Shown here: piece after piece, positions 51,366 to 64,000 of the stretch
Position numbering within the stretch: position 1 is the first letter of the stretch
Layout: every line of letters begins with the position of its first letter
Source of the DNA: Blastocystis sp. Blastoise
Lineage: Eukaryota > Protista > Bigyra: Opalinata
NCBI GenBank assembly: GCA_039096225.1
Contig: JBBPEB010000014.1
Coordinates: 248,001 to 312,000, forward strand
Direction: 5' to 3'
Length of the DNA stretch: 64,000 bases
The notes under the pieces: generated by a model
The model's input: the letters and a program-made list of their open reading frames with translations, nothing else
The model's database searches: none
What the model was told of the DNA's origin: nothing
Position numbers and translations under genes: made by a program

Positions 51366-52451
51366 TTTGATAAACTGGTATGCACTTACAAAATAAATAT
51401 GTTTTAATAAAACGACCAAGAAAAAGATGCTTGACCAACAAATGGTCTCGTCAGAATCATACGACTCCAAAAAGAAATTTTAAAACCATGTTTTACCCCT
51501 GGGTTTCCACATAGACAGAACTCCAGATATTCCGATGTGAAAACAAATGAGTGGCTAATTGTTGGCAAAACTCAGATGAATACCTATATTTACGAATCTT
51601 TATGTTTTTTGACTCCCATAATTGATAACAAACTGGTTTATTTTTTTGTCAATAACTAAACTCTTCATTTGTATGTCTTTCTTTATTCTGAATTTCGATA
51701 ACTGTCTGTATTTTCTTATAGAGTTAATCAACGTGACGATTAAAATTTTTTGTTTATATAATCAACCACAATTTATGCCAATATACTTTTTCCATAATGA
51801 GATAATTAATTTTGGGTTTGATAATCATTTTGTTTTTTCTAATGATCATTTTTTATTTCAAACATAAAAATAATTGTATATTATTGTATAAAATGATATG
51901 GTATACAATAGTAAATGTTTCTAATATCATAATAATAATAGTTATCAGCTCATTAGTGTTTTGTAAAACTATTATTTCATTTAAATATTCAACTGTAACG
52001 TTCAAGAATTTGTGTGTAAGTCATTGGATATATTTATACTTCAAATAAAAAAACAATGTGAAAAAAAAAATCTAATTTCAACAAGAATATAAATATATAT
52101 ATATTGAAAGACACAGAACCTCAGTTTAACATGAAAAATAAACATATTTGTAAAAAAAGGAACTCATGTATGTGTGTGACTCAACTGAATGTGATGAATA
52201 TAATACATTTTGATATACCAGTATGTTATAAATATTATTAAGTGTCTAACCAGAAATTTTTAAGAAATATATTATGAGCTATTGGTTTTATCAAAGAAAA
52301 CAAAAATTTGTAAGTAAATTGTGTCATTCTATGTAAAAAAGTAAATTATTTAAATAAACTATAAGCAATTATTTTTTTCATGATCAGGATATATATATAA
52401 TAATAATCAAAGCTTGTATTTTAGAATAAAACATATAAAATTAGTTTTTCG

Positions 52452-54466
52452 TTACATGTATGTGTAATCATAATCTTCTTGTGGTTTTAAATTATCTGGA
52501 TTTAATCTATATACAAATAATATAATATGCTTATGACAATAAACGAAATAATATAACTAAATACGATCCAAAAGGCTGAGGTTTATTTTTCGGATTTGTA
52601 TGCGGACGTGCAATTCCTTGAGGCCAAATTGGAGGATGTTTAGCTATATATATATATATATATATATATAATGTTTATGATAATTTTAGTGAATTACTAT
52701 GGAAACAAAGTCATTTTTGTTTAAAAAGAGTATTCATAATACATAAATATATATAAATAATACTTACCAGGTCCATAGGGATCAAATCTTGAACCTGGAG
52801 GGAAATGATCAATAGGTTCAGTTGGGGGTTTAAACATATTAGGACCGAACAATCTAAATACAATAATGATATAACAATTAAAATGTATATATGTGAACAG
52901 AAACGATTTAAAAAAAGTAATAATAAATATGAAAACAAGTATTATAATATATAAAAACAGGATATAGATAATAATAATAAAATACGATCCTGAAGGTCCA
53001 TTGATTCCTGCAGGAAGTCTGTCCGAGTCGAAGGGATTAGGAGCTTTGGCTAAAGGACGTTGTTGGGATGGAGGAGTGAATGCAGATAGAGGAACAGAGG
53101 GAGCAAAGGAAGGAAGTGGTGAAGATGAAGAGAGAGGAACAGAGGGAGCAAAGGAAGGAAGTGGTGAAGATGAAGAGAGAGGAATAGAGGGAGCGAAGGA
53201 TGAGGATGATAGTGACTTATTTGATTCTATAGAAAAGAATGAATGAGAAGGTTTAGAGAATTTATTATGAAGACTAATAATTTAATATGAATGACAATAA
53301 TAATATATATTTATTAACAATAATAGGAATATGATAAAATAATAATATATATTTATTAACAATAATAGGAATATGATAAAATAATAATAATATATATTTA
53401 TTAACAATAATAGGAATATGATAAAATAATAATAATATATATTTATTAACACTAATAGGAATATGATAGAAAAATAAAATATATATTTATTAACAATAAT
53501 AGGAATATGATAAACAATAATAATACTATTAATCTAAAACATAATGAATGATCATATCAATAAATATATGTAATAAATAACATTCATAAATATATTCACA
53601 GTCAAAAAAAAGTATAATATCTAACATAAGATTTCAGTAATATATGGAATCATTCGTAATATATACTTATATCATGAGTATGTTGTGTTTGTGTAGAAAA
53701 TATTTCTAACTATATTTATAGCAATTATATATTAATGAATCCATACATTATCATTGAGATAATCATATAATTCTTGGATATGATTTAGTCTTTTATATCG
53801 ATCTGCTTGACTACTATCTATATAATCTTCAATTAATAATGGATATTCTTTCTCATCTTTATCTTGATCTCTAGACACTTGAAGCAATACTGTATCATCC
53901 TCATCAAATATATGCATATGAATCACTTCTTTGTCTTTAGTATATTGTGCCATATATAACTGATTGTCTTTCCATTCTTGAGGAAAATCTAGTATATATT
54001 CATTTTAATAGTATCTATTTGCTTATATATATATATAATGATACCTGGACATATGAATTGCTGATGTGTGTCTGAATTGTAAGTCCATCCTATAAACAAA
54101 TCAAAGTATATTCATATGAGGAACACCAAAAAAAAATACCATTAAATAGAAAGTAACAATGGACCAAGTAACTGATTTCATCCATAATGTTATCAAATAC
54201 TAAGTCATGCATAGTATATGAAAAATAAACAAAGTGCTGAAAGGAGTCCATAATCACTTGCTTTTGAATAAATTGAAGTTTTGTACGAATATTATGGCAA
54301 GAGTTGATTAGTTCATTCTTCACAAAACCATTAGGAACTGCCGAAACAAATTGCTCAGTTTCTTCTAATTGCTTCCAAGAATTTATTTGTTCTATATATT
54401 TAAGAGTTCTAGAACCTATTCTATACCATTTATTCTGTTTGCCATTGTGGATGCTTTAATTTCCAT
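52452..54466 (-). CDS. PSMF1: Proteasome inhibitor PI31 (PSMF1)-like
   Basis: FP-like N-terminal domain (FPQEW...Y); Pro-rich tail with PPGSRFDPYGP and NPDNLKP; C-terminal YTYM (HbYX-like). Start codon uncertain. Confidence 0.8.
53297..53520. repeat. Intronic minisatellite, ~40-43 bp unit x ~5
   Basis: Tandem ATAATAATATATATTTATTAACAATAATAGGAATATGATAAA units; a coding 45-bp tandem repeat lies nearby at ~53087-53200. Confidence 0.85.
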
Positions 54467-54683
54467 ATCAGAAATCACAATTATAAAATTATATTTCCAG
54501 ATTCTTTGGTCGAACCCGAAAACACGCTTTTTTTCCATTTCTCTCAATATGAACTGAATTATTTTTGGGAATTTACTTTTTTCTAACAACCTACGGTTTT
54601 TATAGGTTTTCATTTTTTGGTTTCCTAGGATTTAAATACACTAAAGTTTAATAAAACCTTATTTATTTTTGAAAATACAAATA

Positions 54684-56122
54684 ATGGAGGTTGACAATAA
54701 ACAAATCGCTACTGTAAATGCTACAGAAATTGAAACAGCCGTCAAACAAGATGAAGAACAAATGACTGAAACTCAAGAAACTGCTCCTAAGTTTGCTCCT
54801 TTGACTGCTAAGGATATGGCTGGTACTGTTCAAATTAGACGTATTCGTTGTCCTCCTAATAGATATATATCCTTTATAGTTTTGAATTTTATACTAGCTT
54901 GCTTGTATTTACTTATATGTATTCTTTCTCTATATGTTATTGACATTTTTTCTTTAATTTTTTTTATATACTCCTTTGAGAAATAATTGGAAGAATATCA
55001 CTAACCCAATCACACAACAATTAAAATTACAGATTCGTTTCAATACCAAAACTCGTTCTGTTGAAATTCGTACATGAACATATTATTTGTATTATTATTA
55101 TTTTGTTATATAAATCTTTGTTACTATTTTGTGATTATATACTAATTATTTACAATATATATCTATATATAAAGACTTCTGAGTTTACTGAAGATATCGG
55201 CGCTTTACAAAAAGCCGAAGATTTCGTTCATGCGTTCTTCTTGGGATTTGAAGTTCAAGATGCTATTGCTTTATTAAGACTCGATGACCTTTATATTGGT
55301 ATATATATAACATTATATGTATATTTTGTTATTAACATTATATATATTGTTCTATAGAATATATTGTTCTATAGAATATATTGTTCTATAAAATATATTG
55401 TTCTATATATACTCTTACTATATACTCTATACTCTTACTCTACTCTATACTCTATACTCTATACTCTATACTCTATACTCTATACTTTATATTGAATCCT
55501 TTGAAATCAAGGATGTTAAGACCCTTAAGGGCGATCACTTAGGAAGAGCTATTGGTAGAATTGCTGGACAAGTATATATATATATATATGATAATATAAT
55601 CATAATATTGACTATAAATATATTATTAATAATTATACTATAAGTATATTATTAATGATTATAATAATTACTAATATATATATATAGAATGGTAAAACTA
55701 AGTTTGCTATTGAAAACGCTACAAAGACGAGAATTGTATTAGCCGATCAAAAGTATATAATAAACTGTTTATTATATATAGATATATATTATATCTTCAA
55801 TAATATCAACTATATATATGTATATATAAAATACACATTTTAGGTTCTTATGCCAATATTGCTATAGCCAGAGATGCCGTCTGTAATCTTATTATTGGTA
55901 TATATATATCCATAACTACTGTTAATAAAATCATTATATATGTTCTTCTATATATATATATGTATTATTCTAAACATATATATATTTTACTTATTATTGT
56001 AAACACATATATTTTCCTTACTTTTTTAAATATATACTATTTCTATTTCTCTAGGTGCTCCTCCAGGTAAAGTATATAATCAAATGAAACAAGTAGCTGC
56101 TAGACATAAGGATAGATTCTAA
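54684..56122 (+). CDS. PNO1: Pre-rRNA processing KH-domain protein PNO1/Dim2 (7 exons)
   Basis: [48 protein letters not shown] and GAPPGKVY motifs. Four of six introns have non-canonical ends. Confidence 0.95.
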
Positions 56123-56721
56123 GTATTATATATAATCATTGCTATTCTAGCATTCATTGCTTATTAATATATAATCAATGTCCTTATGTATATATTCAAA
56201 ACCATATTTTGCATTTCTTGTTTTTTTTATTTATATAATACACATTTAGTGGGTTTTATAATTTAATGTTTGATGTTCACTGTTTCTTCTGTTTATTGTT
56301 ATTTCTTTTTTATTATGTATTTAGTGTATTCCTATTCTTCTTTACTTTTTTCACATGTACATATATCTATTAATTTGGATATATACTCTATATATACTAG
56401 TGTTGAATTCTCAATGTAATCTTCTTTTTATCGTTTATACAGTGTTTTCGTGAATTCTTCAACTTATTGAAAGATACAACAATAAAAACAAACAATATAG
56501 TATAAAGAGTATCTCACAAGTATACAATAAAAAGTTATAAAAAAGTGAGGAAACAATGGGAACAAACTATCTTGATACCAATTATATATATATATAATAC
56601 ATATATATATACATATAAACTAATTTAAATAAAAATTGAAAAGTCGAAATAGTACAAATAATAAAGAAAATGGAATTGATATGTGTATAATAATGTGTTT
56701 CTTGTTCTTAAAAGACTATAA

Positions 56722-57304
56722 TTAAGTACTAACAGAATACTGCATTTGATTCTTATCTTCATTAGGAATGCTCATTTGAATGGCGGGCATAGGAATACCG
56801 GGATTGAGTTGTAAGGCAGGAATATTTGTATGAAGATAAAGAGGAGGTGTAGTCATATTCTCCAAGGGCTCTTCATGCTTCTTCACACGACGAGGCCTAT
56901 AGGATGAACAAGAATAATAATAATAATGATAATATAAATAAATGAATAAAAATATAAATAAAAATATAAATAAATAAATAAAAATATAAATAAATAAATA
57001 AAAATATAAATGAATAAAAATATAAATAAATAAATAAAAACAATATACTTAGAATCATTAGAAGCATATTTTTCTTTTTCTAATTCATATTTTTCACGTT
57101 CAACTTGAGCCATTTTCTCAAACATATCTTTTTCTTCTTGACTTGTTTCTCTCCATATTTTGCCTAACTCCTTAAGGATATCTCCACTCGATATATCTGG
57201 ATGCATCTTCTTCACATCTCCTCTCTTGGATTTACAGAATAAGGCATAACTGTTACAGGGACGACGAGGCTCGTCAAGATGACGCTTACGACTCTTTATA
57301 TTCC

Positions 57305-57360
<56 letters not shown>

Positions 57361-57433
57361 TAATAACATACTGAGGATCTGTAACAAGAAGAAGGTTATG
57401 CTCTACTTTTGATTGCTCAACATAAGGCTATAT

Positions 57434-57528
<95 letters not shown>

Positions 57529-58001
57529 TAAAAATAATAATAATAATAATAAAAATAATAATAATAATATATATATATAGACATACATTCTTTTGTTCTT
57601 CTGTCAAATTCTTCCACATTTCTGAAAGAATCTTCGATACTTCACCAAAACCAATATCTATATATATATAATATAAAGAATATAGAATATATTTGATAAA
57701 AAAAATATATATATAATAACTATAAGTATATAATATAAAACATCGTACCTTTATTTTTATCTCTCATCAGTTTCATTTGTTCCTTATAGAACAGAGTGTA
57801 CGGAGTACGAGCACGCTTGCCACCTCGTTCTTTCTTATTACTATGATAAGGAGCACTCTTTACAGTGGCTTTAATCTTTTCAACTTCTTTGCGAACCCGT
57901 TCTTTGTCTTCATATGCATACATAGAGTAAGGCTTCTTCATATCCTCATTCATATTCTTCCAAATACTAGCTAATTCTTTTGTAATCTCTATCATTGTCC
58001 A

Positions 58002-58039
<38 letters not shown>

Positions 58040-59395
58040 ATACTTCAAAGGTCTAAAGTGTATATTTCTAATTTCATAATTATAAATATAATAAATATAA
58101 TAAATAAATAAATAAATAAATAAAATAAATATAATAAATAAATAAAAAATACCAGGATGTAGTTGTTTCATGTCATCTCTCTTTTCATTACAGAAGAATA
58201 TATAAGCACTCTTAGCTCTACAGACACTACTGATGCTGCTTTGACGAGGGGCTGTCTTTCGAGCGTCATCGCCAGGAATAGTATTCGCATTATTACTATA
58301 TATATATATATATAAGAGATAAGAGAATAGCTTATTGAGTATAGAAATATGAATAACAATAGAGAGACTCTATATATATATATATATACTGTAATCCCAT
58401 ATCATCCATTTCCATCTTATAACGCTCTCTATCTTCAATCTCTAATACACGATACTTTTGTTTATCATCAATACCAAGTGCATTCCATTCATTCCCTAAT
58501 ACTTTACTGATATCCGTTGGCGCCATTCCCGGATGTTCCCCGCGTACACGATCTCTATGTTCCTGACAATAGTATATATATGCTGAACGGGGTTTCTTAG
58601 GTCCTTGAACACGCGGGTAATCCTCACCCTCCTCATCGGGAAGCATGTGCACTTTACGATTACGAGGCTTAGTTAACAGGGCACTAGGATTTCGTTGTTT
58701 CCAAGCTTCAACTTCACTTTCATAACGAGTTTTATCATTATTTGCCATGATATCATAGGTTGATTTATCCTTTTCTTCAAGAGCCTGCCACATGGTTCCC
58801 ATCTCCTTCACTAATTCCTGATTCGTTAAAGCTATATATAGTATATTCATATATTAATACTAATAATATATATAATATTAAAAATATATATAATATTAAT
58901 AAACATATAATAAATTAAATATATATATATATAAAATACTTGGTTTTTGAACTTTTAGTTCATTTCGTTTATCTTGGCAGAAGAACATATAAGCACTAAG
59001 AGGTTTTCGGGGAGGTTTATCGACAGTTTCTGCTTGCATAGGAATAGGCATCATGGTAATCATTTGTGGTTGTTCATTTTGAGTTCTTTCTTGATGTAAT
59101 TTTAAAGTTTCATTCTAAAATATGAGAAAAAGCATAATAATAATAAAAATTAGTAATAATAAATAAAAATAGAATAATGAAACAGCAACTAATAATTCTT
59201 GATATAAAAACAGTTAAGAAATACTCTAATGATATCTTTGATGTCATCTTTTTTATCATCAAGACTATGCTTAGCAAGTCCTAAGCGCTTCTCAACAGCA
59301 CGACGAACGTCTTTAAATTTCATATTAGTAAGATCATCGACAGTCATAAGAAAGTCACGCACGTTCTGTGCGATTAACGACGTAGGAATCTCCAT
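56722..59395 (-). CDS. Chromatin protein with an N-terminal DEK-C-like domain and five HMG boxes
   Basis: DLTNMKFKDVRRAVEKRLG..L..KK..I N-terminus; HMG boxes start at PRKPLSAY, PKKPRSAY, RAKSAY, RARTPY and PRRPCNSY. Probable 5'UTR intron at ~59400-59513. Confidence 0.85.
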
Positions 59396-60474
59396 AATTC
59401 TATAGAAAAGCAATCAATGTAATGTTCAAAAAGAGTGTTTAGAAGATGTCGAGTGAATCATGATAAATAAAGATAAACATTGATACATCTTAATAGATGA
59501 ATAAAAAACTTACTTTGTTTTTAAAAAAAAGAGAGCGCTTTGCTGATATTAAAATAAGCCGACAGATAATCGAATGAAGACGCACAGACACAAATGAATG
59601 GAAAATAGGCAGGAAGGCGGTAACCAGGGGGTAAAATTAAAAAATGCGTTTTTATATGCTAAAATAGCACATGTGTCGCGAATAGAGAAGACCCGGGGGG
59701 TAGCGATTATAAAAAATACCAATGATTTATTGAATTATCTTGAATTTTCGAACAAAATGACCGATTTATTTTTCATGGGAAACACGACTTTTTGAAAGGA
59801 TCTCGATTATACTTTAATAAGGAGGCAAAAAATATTGTTAAGAAAGAAGTTGAACGTTTTTAGTAGGGGTATCCTGATTGATTTAAAAATCATTTTATTC
59901 ACAACTGATCATCGTTATTATATGTATTCATTATAGCAAAAAAGATCATAGAATTCTTTATGACAATCTTGAAATTGATTGTCGAAATACATTCAAAAGA
60001 ATGTGTTCAGTCTTGATGTTATGATTACTTTAAATATCATATTGATTGAAACATATGATGGCCATATAGAAAAACCGATTTTGAATGACAAACTAAACGG
60101 AATGATAATAATCTGTACGAAAACAACAATATAGAGATATTTAGCATGTTTGATCATAGTATATATGAATAGAGAAATGATCTAAACTCAAAAAATAATA
60201 AAGTGAAAAGTAGTTTGAAAACAGTAAACAGAAAAAAAATATTGTATATATAAATATATATAGAAAAAAAGAAAAGAGAAAAATGATTAAAGAAGCATGA
60301 AAATATAATAAGCATAAAGAAATGTACAATAGGACATATATGCAGTTTAGTAAGATAAATGAATCAATAATAATTTGAAATATGCCTAATAAAAAGAATA
60401 ATAAATTTTACAAGAAATATCAATATATATGATAAATAATAAATTGATACACTTAAAAAACAGATAAATAGCAA

Positions 60475-62297
<1,823 letters not shown>

Positions 62298-62714
62298 TAT
62301 TCCTAATAGTTATCAGCCTAAATCAATGATTATATATTCAAATTAACAAAAAAAAGATAAATTCTAAAAGATAAATTAAATTAAACACGTTATGAAAAAA
62401 AAGAGAGGAGATTAAAAAAGTACTTTATAAACACGATTCCAACATCCAACAAAACCTGATAGAATTCTAAGTATTTGAAGTCAGCCCAACCTTTTTCCAA
62501 AACGAAAGTTTTCGAATTCGGTTTTCAAACTGAATTTTGAATATAAAACACTTTAATTTGAAATAAAAACTTTGATGTTTATACACAGTGTAACGTTTAG
62601 TAAACAAAAACAATAAATGTTAATAATAATGTCAATATATAATGAATATAACTAGATTAAAATATTGTATTTTTCTAAGGTAAAAATTCAATTGTAAACA
62701 TTTTAAGATATAAT

Positions 62715-63488
62715 TTAAGCTTGATTAAAGATTCTTCCTTTTCTATAGGTAAAAGATAAGATAGTAAGAACAATAATATAAATTTGGAAGCTTATAAAGA
62801 ATATAAAAATGATACATACTTTACAAGATTATTTGAATTACCTTGATAGCCAATTGTGGGAGCAGCAGTACTATTGATTGATGTATATATAAATGAGAAA
62901 CAAATACAAAACTTACTTGGCTGTAGAATTATTCTCTTTGTCTATAGTAGAAAAAAAAATGATAAATAAAAAATGAGTAGAGAGTAGTTAAATATGATAA
63001 TAATATAGAATAGGAATGCATATTAGAAGCTGAGTTATCTATATACTAATAATGGTAACAGTAACGAGACAAGTATCAATTTCTTGTTGATCGAATTCCT
63101 GGACAGCTTGATCAGCTTCATGAATAGAACTATAAACAATCACAGCAGTACCCTAGTATATATATAGATATATAGTTTATATATAAGAATAAATAGAGAA
63201 CGATCCTATAATGAATTGTTCGTTTTAATAATAGACTTACAATACATTTACCATTATTATCCTTATTCACAGTAACACTTTTTACAGTACCACCTATGGT
63301 GATAATTATATTATTATTATGTTAAATATAATAATAATAGTATAAATTTAAATATAATAATAAATATAATACATACAATTTTGGAAAAGTTCTTGAAGGT
63401 CGGATTCGTTGATATAATCGGGGAGACCGCTGACTTGAACATGGGCTCCTATAGTATAATAATAATAGACATAATAAACATAATAAAC

Positions 63489-63572
<84 letters not shown>

Positions 63573-64000
63573 TACCAGTTGAGTATGATTTTGAAGAGTT
63601 TCCAATCCCTAAAAATAAAACATAGAGAGAATGGATATAGGATAAAGTGTCAGCCACCCCAATAGAGAATGGACACAGAGAGATGTCACATAGATATAAC
63701 AATGTTATTAATAAATGAATCAAATATCTTGTTTCCTTTTCATTACGAAAATGATGAAATATCGAAAACGATCACAATTCAAAACAATATTCATCAGATT
63801 TCAAAAATGAAATGCGTAACAATAATTTATAGTAATATCATAAAACAGTCTCTCTTATTTACGACCATATAAAAAGGATAACAACATACAATTATTGATT
63901 TCGTTCTTAACGTTGGAACTGATTGTATCATTTTCATATAAATCATGAGACCAGGAAGCATCAGAATCACCTCTAGGAACTCTTGGCTTATTCATTCTTC
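62715..64000 (-). CDS. ALY/REF (THOC4)-like RRM protein, probably 5'-truncated by the window edge
   Basis: WSHDLY (WxHD motif) followed by an RRM: VQVSGL...ESDLQELF...GTAVIVY...A..AVQEF. No REF-C motif seen. Confidence 0.65.

Noticed and set aside
53297-53520. Regularly spaced repeats resembling a CRISPR array
   Set aside because: Head-to-tail units without unique spacers, inside a eukaryotic intron, with no cas genes.
59598-59795. 65-aa ORF upstream of the HMG gene
   Set aside because: No recognisable motif; overlaps a probable promoter region with GC-rich words.

Overview
Very AT-rich, gene-dense, intron-rich eukaryotic DNA, probably from a gut-dwelling stramenopile of the Blastocystis lineage. 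That assignment is inference from gene content, intron style and loose TGTTTGTT motifs downstream of some genes. Splicing exons by eye gives about 20 protein-coding genes: a ChW-repeat protein, a MORN protein, a kinesin-14-like protein with a degenerate motor, PP4R3/SMEK, ATG7, an FSH1 hydrolase, a class-3 lipase, a 2-Cys peroxiredoxin, a methyltransferase-like/OB-fold protein, a GH20-EEP fusion, an N-acetylneuraminate-lyase-like enzyme with a 20-Cys tail, DCTN5, SRP54, a UEV-TKL kinase, eEF2, PI31, PNO1, a DEK-C/5xHMG protein, a DRAM/Frag1-like protein and a partial ALY/REF-like gene. The window also holds one intact Tc1 (DD34E) transposon and two non-autonomous hAT-like elements. Most short ORFs in the track are intron microsatellites or antisense shadows. 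The most notable signals are: (1) about 11 introns with non-GT-AG ends whose aberrant bases copy the neighbouring exon (novel splicing or an RNA-polishing artefact), two of them with U12-type ATATCCTT donors; (2) a strongly over-represented GC-rich (TT)CCCRCG/CGYGGGAA motif inside exons; (3) a divergent GH20-EEP / sialic-acid-lyase-metallothionein gene pair; (4) several unusual domain fusions and a Vik1/Cik1-like pseudo-kinesin. Multi-exon gene coordinates are spans from manual splicing; no searches were run.
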